A stretch of 64,000 nt of DNA. It comes from a virus. How positions within the stretch are numbered: the stretch's first letter is position 1; every line of letters begins with the position of its first letter. The stretch lies in IMG/VR virus record IMGVR_UViG_3300022932_000015, positions 1 through 64,000 of that record. One strand, written 5' to 3'. Both the position numbers and the translations under genes were made by a program. Below the pieces are notes generated by a model. The model was given only the letters and a program-made list of their open reading frames with translations, was not told where the DNA came from and made no database searches. This document shows, piece after piece, positions 31,517-42,188 of the stretch.

Positions 31517-31793
31517 CTTTCTTTTCTTTAGGTAATTCTATTAAACTTAATGCTTTGAGAATACCACTTTCTAAGGCAGCTTCGTAACTTCCATAATTTA
31601 CCTCATCTATGTAGATTTCTTGAATATAAAATCTAAAGATCTTAGTAGACTGAAAGTTTACAACAAATAGGTTTATTTTAAAGATTTCTCTTAAAGCTTT
31701 TTGTACTAATCCTTGAGAAACATTATCAAATAATTCAAAACCCTTCTCAACAGCAAGTTTGTACGTTTCAGGCTTTATTAATTCCTCTGTCAT
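31509..31793 (-). CDS. Hypothetical phage protein
   Basis: LAVEKGF...YEAALE; resembles 48010..48444. Confidence 0.6.
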   Translation of the reverse strand: MTEELIKPETYKLAVEKGFELFDNVSQGLVQKALREIFKINLFVVNFQSTKIFRFYIQEIYIDEVNYGSYEAALESGILKALSLIELPKEKKDE

Positions 31794-31794
31794 A

Positions 31795-32217
31795 TTATTC
31801 TTTATCAGGTTCAGATGATACAGACTTTAAACTAGCATAGTATTCTGTTTCCAATTGATTAATATTTCCAATTTTATTAAATACTTTATTAGCGGCTTCA
31901 GTGAATTCTTTCATCTTAGATTCAGAAAGTTTCTTTAATTCTTCTTCCTTTGCCTTAATTTCTCTTTTAAGAAGAACGTGTTTGTCTAATAATGAAATTA
32001 AATCTGCTTTAATTTCTTTTTCAATGCTTTCTTTTTTTTCTTTCAATAATCCTGTAACTATACTAGCTACAACATCTTTTTTAACTTTCTTTATAGGAAA
32101 TAAGTTTTCTTCTCCTCCAACAATTGCAACCAATTTTTTAATAGTTGTATCATAGTTTTTAACTACCTTATCTTCACCACCTTTATTTTCTACCGTATTT
32201 TCTGTTTGATTTTCCAT
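31795..32217 (-). CDS. Coiled-coil hypothetical protein
   Basis: Lys/Glu-rich heptads. Confidence 0.6.
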   Translation of the reverse strand: MENQTENTVENKGGEDKVVKNYDTTIKKLVAIVGGEENLFPIKKVKKDVVASIVTGLLKEKKESIEKEIKADLISLLDKHVLLKREIKAKEEELKKLSESKMKEFTEAANKVFNKIGNINQLETEYYASLKSVSSEPDKE

Positions 32218-32218
32218 A

Positions 32219-32599
32219 TTAAAATTTTATATTTTCTATTGTTTTAAAATTAATTGTATTTATTGATAGGTTTGAGAGTATTGTTAACTTAAGTGATGTG
32301 AAATCTATTTTACTAAAGTAATTTTCAAAGATTTCAATGGTACCATCATTATCGTAGTAGTTATTGGTAGTAATACTGTTGATTTGTCCATCAACTATTT
32401 GTATTCTAAGCGCTTTTAAAAGCATTTTTTGTTGTCTCCAATTTCCAGCATACCCCTTAAGTCTGTTAAATAAAACTCCTCTAACTTCGGTTTCAGTTAC
32501 TAAAAAATCTCTTTTAGCTTCAGTCCACCTATATAAGACTTCATTACATTCTTTTATGATGGTCTCTATCATAAATTTACTGATTTGTTGATGGTCCAT
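32219..32599 (-). CDS. Hypothetical protein
   Basis: Operon packing. Confidence 0.55.
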   Translation of the reverse strand: MDHQQISKFMIETIIKECNEVLYRWTEAKRDFLVTETEVRGVLFNRLKGYAGNWRQQKMLLKALRIQIVDGQINSITTNNYYDNDGTIEIFENYFSKIDFTSLKLTILSNLSINTINFKTIENIKF

Positions 32600-33107
32600 A
32601 GTATTTGCTTTTTATCATTTCTACGCATTTTAAGACATTTTTTTGATCATTAGGTTCAAAGAAATCTACTACAAATCCATTTTTAGTAAGATATTGTTTA
32701 AACATCTTCCTTTTGATTGGATAAGAGTCATTTCCCCAACCTTTACATTCAATAATCCAGCCTGTTTTGGTTTTTTTATCAACACAAACAAAATCAGGTG
32801 TATAAGTCATAGGTCTAATTTTATTAGTTACTTCTCCTAAAACTACCTGTTTTTTCTTAGTATCTTTTACAGTTTTAAGATGAGCTTCAACAGCAACTCC
32901 AGAGAAAACAAAAGCTTCTATTAGAGTTATTGTCCAAGACTCTCTACCAAAATCATGAATATTGTTAGATTTCAAAGCTTTATATGTAAATAATTCAAGA
33001 TTTGAATCAAAGCTCAAGCCATCAAACATTGATTTTTTAGCATTTTTGACTTTGGAACCATCCATAGTCTTTATAACCTTTTTTCTAATTATCCTCTTTT
33101 TCTTCAC
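32577..33107 (-). CDS. PD-(D/E)XK nuclease (DUF1064-like, possible resolvase)
   Basis: FDS.LE, YTPDF, IIECKG. Confidence 0.8.
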   Translation of the reverse strand: MKKKRIIRKKVIKTMDGSKVKNAKKSMFDGLSFDSNLELFTYKALKSNNIHDFGRESWTITLIEAFVFSGVAVEAHLKTVKDTKKKQVVLGEVTNKIRPMTYTPDFVCVDKKTKTGWIIECKGWGNDSYPIKRKMFKQYLTKNGFVVDFFEPNDQKNVLKCVEMIKSKYYGPSTNQ

Positions 33108-33573
33108 GAGCTTTAATTTTAAGTATATTGTTAAATTTAGTAATATACTTAAATCCCAACATGTAGAAATCTATTGTACTATCTACTAATATAGAGTAGG
33201 CATTTGTCTGTACATTAATTTCATTGACATCTTCTTGATTATTCTCAAAGTGTATATCAATGTTTAGATCTTTTATTGTTTGAATTTTATCAACTATCGT
33301 ACCTACAATTATAGTATGTCCTGCATCTAAATTATATTGTTTAGCAATTGCATTAATATAGACACTACTACTATTTGCAGTAATAAGATATAATTCTATA
33401 TTAAACTTTTCGCAAGTCTCACAGGGATCATCATATGATAATCTTTTTAGAAAGTCTCTAAATTCCTGTCTATTATAGCTTTTAGTTGGTTCAAAACTAA
33501 CTTTTAATTTCTCCATTATTTCTATATTTAAATAATAATCCACTACTATTGGACTCTGCTGCTTTATTAACAC
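33085..33573 (-). CDS. Hypothetical protein, possible degenerate HAD fold; true start probably MEKLK
   Basis: LYLITA, K...I..L.IDIHFEN. Confidence 0.45.
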   Translation of the reverse strand: MLIKQQSPIVVDYYLNIEIMEKLKVSFEPTKSYNRQEFRDFLKRLSYDDPCETCEKFNIELYLITANSSSVYINAIAKQYNLDAGHTIIVGTIVDKIQTIKDLNIDIHFENNQEDVNEINVQTNAYSILVDSTIDFYMLGFKYITKFNNILKIKAREEKEDN

Positions 33574-33964
33574 TCTTAGTTAATTGACTGTATATTGTCC
33601 CTTTAGGGATATTACATAAATTACTAGCAATATTTAATCCATTAAAAGAAGCTACTAACTCATTGTCTAGGTTATAAACGTCTATTACAGTATTTGAAGG
33701 TTTTAGGAAAGGATTTCCTATTCTTTTTTTAATGTCTCTAATACCTTCTCTTCCTATTCTTGCTTTTGTTAGAAACGTATTATCAGGTAATACTATATAA
33801 TCTTTTCTGTAAATTTTTTCTTTAGTATAAGATATAAATAAAGGACGTTTACCCTTTATATGTGAAAAGTATTTACCTAATACTTCTGCATTACTATCAT
33901 ATACTTTTATAAATTTACCAGAACTATCGTATTGGTAACATTTTTGTTTTGGTCTTCCACTCAT
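33497..33964 (-). CDS. NUMOD1-type DNA-binding protein
   Basis: YQYDSSGKFIK and VYNLDNELVA repeats; no obvious nuclease domain. Confidence 0.6.
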   Translation of the reverse strand: MSGRPKQKCYQYDSSGKFIKVYDSNAEVLGKYFSHIKGKRPLFISYTKEKIYRKDYIVLPDNTFLTKARIGREGIRDIKKRIGNPFLKPSNTVIDVYNLDNELVASFNGLNIASNLCNIPKGTIYSQLTKSVNKAAESNSSGLLFKYRNNGEIKS

Positions 33965-34956
33965 ATTTTCTGTTTTAAATATTGTTCAACTTTTTCAATA
34001 CCTTCATTCTTTATTTTGTCACTAAGATCTTTAGCTTCATCAATATAGAAATAGTCTATATTAAAGTTTTCCACCATATTCTTAGTAGCATTTTTACCTT
34101 CATCATCATTATCAAAATTACAAATTACTTTCTTAAATCTACATTTAAGTTCATTAAAAATTTCTATGTCTAATTTATTACTTTCTGCTTGTAAAGCTAC
34201 TGCATTATAACCTAGAGTATAATAACACATTACATCCTTTAGTGCTTTTGTTATTATTAACAAATCTCCAGTATCAGGAAGTTGGCTAAATCCTTGGAGA
34301 GTTCTACTATCAACATTGCTAAACCATCTAGGATTAGGTTTTATAGTCAAAGGCATATATATTTTATATAGCCCTGATTTAAACTCATAAGCATAAATTG
34401 GGTTTGCTCTTGAATACTCTAGTACATAGTGTGTGTTGCCTTTGTTTATAAAAACATGAGTACAGCTATGTACATTATATTTGTTTAAGGTTTCAAAATC
34501 TATTCCATATTGATTCCAATATTCAAAATCAGCTAAAGTGAAATTTTTAGTAACTATATTTATATTAGTCAGTTTCTTTACATACTTTGGTCTTTCAGCT
34601 TCTAATGCATTTGATATTAGAAGTTTTGGATCCATGTTAAGTCTTATCTTTTTTAAGCCAAAGTCATTAGCTACAATATTTAATACTTCATGCATACTAT
34701 TGCATGAGTATTTGTATTTTACATAATCAAAAGGATGGAAATAATCTCCATTACCATAGTCTTTGTAATAAAGACCTCCTGAGGCACTTTGAAGTACTCT
34801 ACAGGAGGCTTTAGTATCATTATAAAACTCTGATAAAAATGATCTATCTATCTCTTCAAAATTAGAACAATACTTTTTAAATATATCGTAATCTGAAACT
34901 CTTAGCTTAATTTCATCTAGCGTTATAGGAATATAAGCATCACTAAAATTAAACAT
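33961..34956 (-). CDS. dnaG: DNA primase (TOPRIM, crAss type)
   Basis: YKDYG, YKIYMP, ITKALKDVM, FDND..G, KDLSD. Confidence 0.85.
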   Translation of the reverse strand: MFNFSDAYIPITLDEIKLRVSDYDIFKKYCSNFEEIDRSFLSEFYNDTKASCRVLQSASGGLYYKDYGNGDYFHPFDYVKYKYSCNSMHEVLNIVANDFGLKKIRLNMDPKLLISNALEAERPKYVKKLTNINIVTKNFTLADFEYWNQYGIDFETLNKYNVHSCTHVFINKGNTHYVLEYSRANPIYAYEFKSGLYKIYMPLTIKPNPRWFSNVDSRTLQGFSQLPDTGDLLIITKALKDVMCYYTLGYNAVALQAESNKLDIEIFNELKCRFKKVICNFDNDDEGKNATKNMVENFNIDYFYIDEAKDLSDKIKNEGIEKVEQYLKQKI

Positions 34957-34975
34957 AGATAGATATTAGTTAGTC

Positions 34976-35539
34976 CTAGAATGGTAATCCAGATCCAGTA
35001 TTAGCAGTTGCTACTGGTAGTCTTTTTATATTTTTTTCAGGACTGAAATATAATTTAGTTTCATTTGAAGGTACTTTTACTGATTCAGCAAAAACACCTA
35101 GACCAAAAGTACTAACAATATATCTGTTTCCAGAAGTTGCTAATTTCTCTTCTCCAACAACTTTCAATTTAAATTCTCTACCAACGCAAAGAGCTGATAA
35201 TTTAGCTGCTAAATCTTCAGCAGATTTTGCTTCTGGGATTTTAGCTTTTGCAGCAGCCTCTTCTAAGGAATGAGAAGCAGCTACTATTGCTAAAATAGCA
35301 TTTCTACTCATTTCCCAAGCAGTTTTCTGACTTCCAGCGCTTAATACTGTGTTTAAATAATAGCGATTAGATAATTTGTATCCATTATCATCTATTACAG
35401 TAAACTCAATAAAAGGAGTTTGTTTTAATTCACTTAAACCATTAGTAACTGATTCTATTTTTACATTATGAATTCCTGGTTGGATTGTTGGGGTCGAGCC
35501 TCCTTTATTAATTTCTGCGTCATTAAAATTAAATTCCAT
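34976..35539 (-). CDS. Single-stranded DNA-binding protein (DUF669-like)
   Basis: PG.H.V.I OB-like start; C-terminal LPF; lies between Sak4-like gene and primase. Confidence 0.65.
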   Translation of the reverse strand: MEFNFNDAEINKGGSTPTIQPGIHNVKIESVTNGLSELKQTPFIEFTVIDDNGYKLSNRYYLNTVLSAGSQKTAWEMSRNAILAIVAASHSLEEAAAKAKIPEAKSAEDLAAKLSALCVGREFKLKVVGEEKLATSGNRYIVSTFGLGVFAESVKVPSNETKLYFSPEKNIKRLPVATANTGSGLPF

Positions 35540-35608
35540 GATTTACTTTTAGTTGTTATTAATTAATATCTTTTAGATACTTGTTTTTATAGATACATTT
35601 TTAAGACA

Positions 35609-36250
35609 TTATTTAACAAATTCTAGTATTTTATCAAAAATAAATTTATTGTCATTATCTATTGTTTGTACATCTTCACCGAAGATGTCTGGTGGACATT
35701 TAGCAGAAGTTCCTTCTCCTACTAAGCTATAATAATATTCAGGTTTCCCCTTATCATTAAACTTTTTGTCACCATATAATACTATGGTAAACTCTTTTTC
35801 ACACGTTGATTCAAATTCTTTTCCTTTTACCTTCAATCTTTTTTCCATATTTCCTTCTATTCCTAAGATCTCATAATGTCCAGTAACAAAAACTTCTTTT
35901 TGTATACCTTTAACATATTGAAAAAATCTCCCAACTTCTTCATTATACATATTCCATATATCAAATCCTTTTTTACTCCTACGACACTCCGCCAACAAAA
36001 GATCAATATATGCACTAAAACTATCAATAATTATACAATCTATTTCAGTATTTTTTGCATATTCTGCCATGCAGTCTAAGACCTCAATATAGCTATTGGG
36101 TCTCTTATGATATTTAAATTTATTTTTAAAAGGTAGAGGCTTATTCTCGACATTAATAAATCCTGTAGTATCAGGATTCATATTTCTATTTGAATAAGTT
36201 TTACCACTTCCAGATTGAGATATCTCTAAAATCTTATAATAATCTCTCAT
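35609..36250 (-). CDS. AAA_24 / Sak4-like ATPase
   Basis: SGSGKT, ENKPLPF, IIDS, AKCP. Confidence 0.8.
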   Translation of the reverse strand: MRDYYKILEISQSGSGKTYSNRNMNPDTTGFINVENKPLPFKNKFKYHKRPNSYIEVLDCMAEYAKNTEIDCIIIDSFSAYIDLLLAECRRSKKGFDIWNMYNEEVGRFFQYVKGIQKEVFVTGHYEILGIEGNMEKRLKVKGKEFESTCEKEFTIVLYGDKKFNDKGKPEYYYSLVGEGTSAKCPPDIFGEDVQTIDNDNKFIFDKILEFVK

Positions 36251-36251
36251 A

Positions 36252-37313
36252 TTAGATTTTTAAGGAATTGAATGTTTGTTCATTCATTTCATTAGGTAAA
36301 GGCAGTTCCTCAAAGTAACCTGCTTGAGGCTTAAATAACAATCCAATAGCAATATTATCTCTAGATAATCTATTTTTTATAATTTTTAACATTCTAAATG
36401 ATCCTTTTAAATTAAAAGGAAATCCTTCAACATTAATATTATAACCAATACAAGTATCCATGTCCATCTTATAGGCATTCATGAGTCCTAATACAATATC
36501 AGCATCTTGATATGGAGTAGTAGAGTCTTTGAAATCAGTTTGTTGAGGAGATATATCTACACCCTTAAACTTCTGTCTTTCAACACTACTTAATCCTTGA
36601 TTAAACTGCTGAAGATCAAAATGAGTCATACCAAACATATTACGTGTACTAACTTGGTATTCAGAGTATTTATCAAGGTTCTGCTTTAAATCAAAACCTC
36701 TTTCTCTTTTCAAAAGGGCAATATGGTCAGTAATTGTAATGTTGTATTCTTCAGTGTTATGAGGTTTAAACCTAACGATTCTCTGCTTAGAATGCCCATT
36801 CTCATCTACATAAGTCTCATATTCAAATTCCCCTCTCTGGGACATAAAATCCCACCATTCTTTATAATTTCCTGTAGGATTTGAGGACTCCCATCTCCAC
36901 ATAATCTTAGAAAAAATAGCTTCAAGATCTGCTTGCTCACTTTCAACCAATTTTTCTTCATCAGAATTCATCCTTTCATCACCTAATCCCATTATCCTTT
37001 CTGGAGGAATAATGATATCATATTTATTGTAAATTATCTGAGACATCCAATTAGCCTTCTTTACTTCTTCTCTTATTTCATAGGAGTAGTAAAAAATATT
37101 AATTGGTATACCCTTTGCTTTTGCATCTTGTATAGCATTTAATATAATAAAATCCACAAATGTTGTTTTAGCAGCACCTGACATTCCACCTATTAAATAT
37201 ATACATGCCTTTTGAGTATAGAATAGATACTTATTTATTCTATTTAACCCATTTCTCAAGCCTTGATATTTACCTTCTAATCCTTCCTTTATTCTATTCT
37301 TAAATTGTGTCAA
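36252..37313 (-). CDS. dnaB: DnaB-like replicative helicase
   Basis: SGAAKT, SYE, DHI, QQFN, DADIV, KNR. Confidence 0.8.
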   Translation of the reverse strand: MTQFKNRIKEGLEGKYQGLRNGLNRINKYLFYTQKACIYLIGGMSGAAKTTFVDFIILNAIQDAKAKGIPINIFYYSYEIREEVKKANWMSQIIYNKYDIIIPPERIMGLGDERMNSDEEKLVESEQADLEAIFSKIMWRWESSNPTGNYKEWWDFMSQRGEFEYETYVDENGHSKQRIVRFKPHNTEEYNITITDHIALLKRERGFDLKQNLDKYSEYQVSTRNMFGMTHFDLQQFNQGLSSVERQKFKGVDISPQQTDFKDSTTPYQDADIVLGLMNAYKMDMDTCIGYNINVEGFPFNLKGSFRMLKIIKNRLSRDNIAIGLLFKPQAGYFEELPLPNEMNEQTFNSLKI

Positions 37314-37914
37314 AGTTAGTTTTTGTAACTACTGTTAGATCTATATTTTCATTAGCTTCATCTAAATACTGTTCCCAGTTTCTTTGTTGTAAAAAAGTAG
37401 CAAATGCGGCTAAAAAAGGTAAGTCATTTGCTTTCTGTTTCTCTAAATAATATAGTTTAACACATCTTATAATTTTAGTATGTAATTCTAAATTTATAAT
37501 ACCATTTTTAATAATAGTAGATTTATAGAGCTTAATACATCTTTGTAAATCTCCATGTAATCTTCTAATACCCCCAGTCTTTGTAGGAACTTTGGAAGGA
37601 TAAGTATTTTTCAATTCAGAAAATAATTCATTAAATTCTACATTGTTATTTCTTATTACATCAAATAGAGAATTTCCTAATGGCGTTAATTTTATAGAGT
37701 CAAAGCTAATATCTATTATATTATCTACAATGATAAATCCTTTCTCATGTAATTTTGAAAAGATACCTGTCTCTATTCTTCCACAATTACTTGTATATTC
37801 CACTATTAATCTTTCTTTATTTTCATGTAGACAAGCTAATACAAAAAATTCTTCCAGTTTTAGCTTATGTTTAATCGCTATCTCAAAATCAATATTTAAT
37901 TTAAAATCTTCCAT
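37300..37914 (-). CDS. Replication initiator/loader-like protein
   Basis: wHTH-like N-terminus; F..L...YP.K; TFLQQRNWE. Confidence 0.55.
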   Translation of the reverse strand: MEDFKLNIDFEIAIKHKLKLEEFFVLACLHENKERLIVEYTSNCGRIETGIFSKLHEKGFIIVDNIIDISFDSIKLTPLGNSLFDVIRNNNVEFNELFSELKNTYPSKVPTKTGGIRRLHGDLQRCIKLYKSTIIKNGIINLELHTKIIRCVKLYYLEKQKANDLPFLAAFATFLQQRNWEQYLDEANENIDLTVVTKTNFDTI

Positions 37915-38997
37915 CTAATTTAGATAAGATATTTTTGTCTGATCAAAGCCCTCTAAAGCAGATTTAACCCATTGTTCGTCTATAGTGTTTTCATAACATA
38001 ATATATGAATAGTTGAACTATCATCAACACCAAGTCTTAAAAATCTTCCTATTTTTTGAGAACTTTGAACTTCATTACTATAAGCATGTAAGATTATGCC
38101 AACTCTTAAATTAGGTATATTAACTCCTTCATTTAATTGTTGAACAGTAGCTAACGTGTTTATAGCATCATCTTTAAACAGCTGTAGATTTCCTAAGGAA
38201 TCCTTGTTTTTTGAATGATAAGTATGATAACTTAATCTATCTGCCTGATCTTGAGTATTTGCAAATATTAGACACTTATCAGTTATCTGAGCAAGTAACT
38301 TTAAAGTCTTTAATTCCTTTGACCTAAAAGATTGAAGATTTTTCATTCTCATGATTCTCATCATCCTCAGTTCTACTGCAGTCTTTGCTTTTTCTACTCT
38401 TGAACACCAATAATCATAAGTACTCTTCTCTGAAGTATACCATACCTTATTATTCTTTTCCACTTTTATAGTTTTTTCAGCATTTAAAGGTAGATAATGA
38501 ACAATCATTTTATAATCATTCAAGATCTTGTCAGCAATTGCAGTATCAGTTTTATACTCATAAATTATTGGACAATATGTACTGATCATAATACCCTTCT
38601 GAGATTTCATAGATTTAGGTGGTGTACCTGTCAATCCCAATATTTTGCCCGAATATTTATTTAAAGACTGTTGATGAGAAAACAACAAATTATGCACCTC
38701 ATCAAAATAAATAATATCATATTGACTTAAGTCTTCTTTGTTAAGAGAACGGTAAGTACAATATGATATATTCTCGTTCAAATATTCAACTTTATAGTTT
38801 ATTATTTCATGTTTCCAAGCTTCAAAAATAGATAGGACTTTACCAACTACTAGATATTTAGCATCCTTTCTATAGTTATTAATCATATGTTTAATTCCTA
38901 ACAAAGTTTTACCAGTACCCATTGAAGAAGCAACTGTAGCTCTATGTAAAGGATCTAATAAGCCTAATATCTCATCCTGAATACTATCTTTAGTCAT
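37915..38997 (-). CDS. SF2 helicase
   Basis: GTGKT, DEVH, GLTGT, NEGVNIP, QKIGRFLR. Confidence 0.9.
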   Translation of the reverse strand: MTKDSIQDEILGLLDPLHRATVASSMGTGKTLLGIKHMINNYRKDAKYLVVGKVLSIFEAWKHEIINYKVEYLNENISYCTYRSLNKEDLSQYDIIYFDEVHNLLFSHQQSLNKYSGKILGLTGTPPKSMKSQKGIMISTYCPIIYEYKTDTAIADKILNDYKMIVHYLPLNAEKTIKVEKNNKVWYTSEKSTYDYWCSRVEKAKTAVELRMMRIMRMKNLQSFRSKELKTLKLLAQITDKCLIFANTQDQADRLSYHTYHSKNKDSLGNLQLFKDDAINTLATVQQLNEGVNIPNLRVGIILHAYSNEVQSSQKIGRFLRLGVDDSSTIHILCYENTIDEQWVKSALEGFDQTKISYLN

Positions 38998-39005
38998 AAT
39001 TTGTA

Positions 39006-39440
39006 CTATTTTACTTTTAAAAATAAATTATTTAACCAGTTATTTAAAACATCTGACGTAGGGTTAATAAGATGAATATATTTCCTAATATCGTTGTCAA
39101 GATACCATTTAACATATCCTTTACTAGTTCTTAGATCTATTCCTAATCCTGAAGCTTTATTCATTAACACTTCTGTTCCTGTATAATATAGCCATATATG
39201 TCTACCATTATTTTTAGTTGGATATCCAAAATGAGTTTTAAGCTCTTCACTAATATTGCTAGGAATATTACTAAATCCATCTATCTCACCATGTTTATCA
39301 ATATCCAATATAACATATGGATCATGGGGACAGATTGCCAGTCCATATCCTTCAGGAACATCTCCTTCAAAATATATCTCATCTGGAACCATACTCCATT
39401 TAACAGTAGGTTTTTTGTCTCTTAACAAAAAAGATTTCAT
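39006..39440 (-). CDS. Primase-polymerase catalytic domain (bifunctional Prim-Pol N-terminal)
   Basis: KKP..KW, LDID, T..NGRH, IDLR..GYV. Confidence 0.75.
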   Translation of the reverse strand: MKSFLLRDKKPTVKWSMVPDEIYFEGDVPEGYGLAICPHDPYVILDIDKHGEIDGFSNIPSNISEELKTHFGYPTKNNGRHIWLYYTGTEVLMNKASGLGIDLRTSKGYVKWYLDNDIRKYIHLINPTSDVLNNWLNNLFLKVK

Positions 39441-39691
39441 TAGAATATATATGCTTTTTTTGCTGCTGCAGTAGTCCAGAACTTCTTATATTTTCTATCT
39501 TCACAATATCTATATAATCTATCTATTTCCTGTCCTAAAAATGAATCGTTAACTATTTCTTTAGACAATTCTTCTTTTAATTTATCTTTACTCAATCCTA
39601 AATGTTGAGCATATCCAATTAGGATCACAATTGATGAGTTTCTTTCACCTTCTTCAAAAGTTATATTATTATCTTCTATGAATTTTCTCAT
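39440..39691 (-). CDS. PriCT-like helical domain protein
   Basis: F.EGERN..L..IG motif. Confidence 0.55.
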   Translation of the reverse strand: MRKFIEDNNITFEEGERNSSIVILIGYAQHLGLSKDKLKEELSKEIVNDSFLGQEIDRLYRYCEDRKYKKFWTTAAAKKAYIF

Positions 39692-39693
39692 GT

Positions 39694-39876
39694 TTAAATA
39701 TTTGAATATGGGTTAGCTAAAATCCATTGGTTTAATTCTTCTCTAGAACTAAACCCTAAACCCTGAAAATCTCCTTGACCTACTTTACTCCAGGTCTCTT
39801 TATTATTAAGGAGATTATTCTTAGGATCACTTTTCATATTCCGCAACTCATTTAATAAGTTATCAATTTCACTCAT
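39694..39876 (-). CDS. Hypothetical protein
   Basis: Coupled ORF. Confidence 0.55.
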   Translation of the reverse strand: MSEIDNLLNELRNMKSDPKNNLLNNKETWSKVGQGDFQGLGFSSREELNQWILANPYSNI

Positions 39877-40613
39877 TATATTAATGTTTTTAATGTTAAC
39901 AATTCTTCAGGTGTTATTTTTTGGTCTCTCTTCCAAACTTGAAGTATTTTTAGTACTACTTCAAATTGCTCAATAGTATCATTAAAAAACTTACTACCCT
40001 TTTCTGTCTTATAATAATTTTCAGTCTTAATTATCTCTTCAATAATTTCAATATACTTATCTGTAACAGAAGATAAATTATATCCTCTGCCAGTATATTT
40101 AATAACTCTTTCAAACTGTCTGAGTAGTCTTTTTGTACTCCAGAAATCTGCCTTATAAAAGTAAGGATTCCACTTGTTCCAAGTTCCTTCTAAATCGGAA
40201 GTCTCTCTTAGAGAAAGTACTTTACCTGTTTTAATATCATAAGCAGTAGTTATAATGTCTAAGTCAAAGTTAGAAATTACATCAAAACAGTTCTTTTGGT
40301 ACTGTTTAAATATAACATTTACATCAACTAATAGATTATATTTAAATTTAATTGTGATTAATCCTAATTGTTCTAAAGAGGATCTATCGCTATTAATATA
40401 ATCTTCAAATTTATGTTTCTCTAAAGGATCTAGAATGGTAAACATTAGATTATAATGCATGAAAAAAAGTATCTTGTTAAAGCTACTCTTATCATATACA
40501 AATAAATCAATGTCCTGCCCCTCAAAATAATCTAATAAACAACTTCCTGTAATACAACCATTTATTTCTTGTTTCTTTAAAAGAGTTATTGCATTATTTA
40601 TTTGTTCTTTCAT
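39876..40613 (-). CDS. Nucleotidyltransferase-fold protein
   Basis: ITGS..DIDLF, NFDL, R..KY..RGY. Confidence 0.65.
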   Translation of the reverse strand: MKEQINNAITLLKKQEINGCITGSCLLDYFEGQDIDLFVYDKSSFNKILFFMHYNLMFTILDPLEKHKFEDYINSDRSSLEQLGLITIKFKYNLLVDVNVIFKQYQKNCFDVISNFDLDIITTAYDIKTGKVLSLRETSDLEGTWNKWNPYFYKADFWSTKRLLRQFERVIKYTGRGYNLSSVTDKYIEIIEEIIKTENYYKTEKGSKFFNDTIEQFEVVLKILQVWKRDQKITPEELLTLKTLI

Positions 40614-40724
40614 TTAGTTTTTTTAAAATATTTAATAACTTATAGTATACCCGCAGTCTACACCTGAATATCAGGACTGTACTACCTATTTAATCCCTCG
40701 GATAGGGGAATTATTAAATTGTTT

Positions 40725-41216
40725 TTATTTTAGTTTTTCAGCATTGATTTTAACAGCAGCTAAAATAGTTTCAACACTATAAATAGCATCTAACTTCACT
40801 AAAGCTTCTGAGAAATAATCACCTACATTTTCAATGGCATCAATTATATCAAATTGATTCATTAATTTATTGATTTTTTCAATTTCACCTTTGTTATCTT
40901 CAAATTTTACATAATCTAAAGCAAATTGAACTAATTCATCATTAATTTTACTTGTAGGTTTTTCAGGTACTTTAACATACTCTTTTACATTCTTAGCATT
41001 AATTCCAGCTAATACAGAAGCCTTGATTTCTTCTAAATTATCTATTTTCTCACATTTAAATGTTTTATCTTTGATAGCTTCCGCCAACTTTACAACATAT
41101 TCTGCTGATTTCTGTTGTTGTACAAACTCTCCATGATATACAGGTTTTTTAGTTGCTTTACTAATTAAGTAACCTGCAGGATTTAATTCTAATTCTGTTG
41201 CTTTTAAAAATTCCAT
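40725..41216 (-). CDS. Hypothetical protein
   Basis: Clean ORF with A-rich leader. Confidence 0.65.
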   Translation of the reverse strand: MEFLKATELELNPAGYLISKATKKPVYHGEFVQQQKSAEYVVKLAEAIKDKTFKCEKIDNLEEIKASVLAGINAKNVKEYVKVPEKPTSKINDELVQFALDYVKFEDNKGEIEKINKLMNQFDIIDAIENVGDYFSEALVKLDAIYSVETILAAVKINAEKLK

Positions 41217-41249
41217 TTGTTTTTCGGTTTTTTGGTTTATATTTGATTT

Positions 41250-42188
41250 TTATGTATTTATTGTATTTATCCAGTCTTTTACCTTATGTGTCTCCTTAGG
41301 ATCAAAACATCTAGCATAACCTGTGATATTATCACTAGTTTTCTGGGTATGTAAAGAGTATAATGTTTCCACTTTAAAGTTACATAATTTGTCTTCTTTC
41401 TCTACTCCAGGACTATCATCATCTCCAAAAGATATAACTGTATTGTATTCTTTATACTTGCCAATTATTTCTTTGAACATTATGCTTTCATTTGAATATC
41501 CAGATAATCTTGCTATTTCTATTATATCAGAAGTAGGTACATCCTCATAATCTATAAGTACACTCTTACCACTAGTTATTAAGATATCAGCAAAGAATTT
41601 CTTTGACATTAATTTTGCTAAATTGGTAATAGATACTACTATAGATTTTGGTATAGAACCAGAAACATCTAATATCAACAAATTTTTCATGTTGTGTTTG
41701 ACATTACCATATCCAATATTTAATCCTAACTGTTTGTTAAAGGCTAATGGATCAAATTGGACTTCATCAATGATATTGGTTTGTATAGCAGATTTTAAAT
41801 CTTCTAGCCATTTTGGCAATATTTTAAGATCTGATAATTTATCAAAATCTACAAAATACTGGTCTTCAACAAACTCATCCATTGTTATTTCAGGCCTATC
41901 TCCTCCCCCTTCACCATAAATACCACCTGAATGTAATTTATAATTTTTGATACCATTAATATTGTATCCTATACGCTTAAGACAATCTAACCACTTTACT
42001 GGAATACCAGTCCTCTGGCACGATTTATATAAAATTTGGAATTCTAAGAATATAGTAATAAAACTTAATTCTGATTTGGTACCTATAATATAAGGTAGTC
42101 CTTTTGGAAGTTTTTCAAAATCTTCCTTATCTTCAACTAAGAATATCGGAGGTAACTCGACTTTTCTGCTTATAATTTTTGTTATCAT
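41250..42188 (-). CDS. vWA-domain protein (MoxR partner)
   Basis: LDVSGS MIDAS motif, FGD. Confidence 0.75.
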   Translation of the reverse strand: MITKIISRKVELPPIFLVEDKEDFEKLPKGLPYIIGTKSELSFITIFLEFQILYKSCQRTGIPVKWLDCLKRIGYNINGIKNYKLHSGGIYGEGGGDRPEITMDEFVEDQYFVDFDKLSDLKILPKWLEDLKSAIQTNIIDEVQFDPLAFNKQLGLNIGYGNVKHNMKNLLILDVSGSIPKSIVVSITNLAKLMSKKFFADILITSGKSVLIDYEDVPTSDIIEIARLSGYSNESIMFKEIIGKYKEYNTVISFGDDDSPGVEKEDKLCNFKVETLYSLHTQKTSDNITGYARCFDPKETHKVKDWINTINT

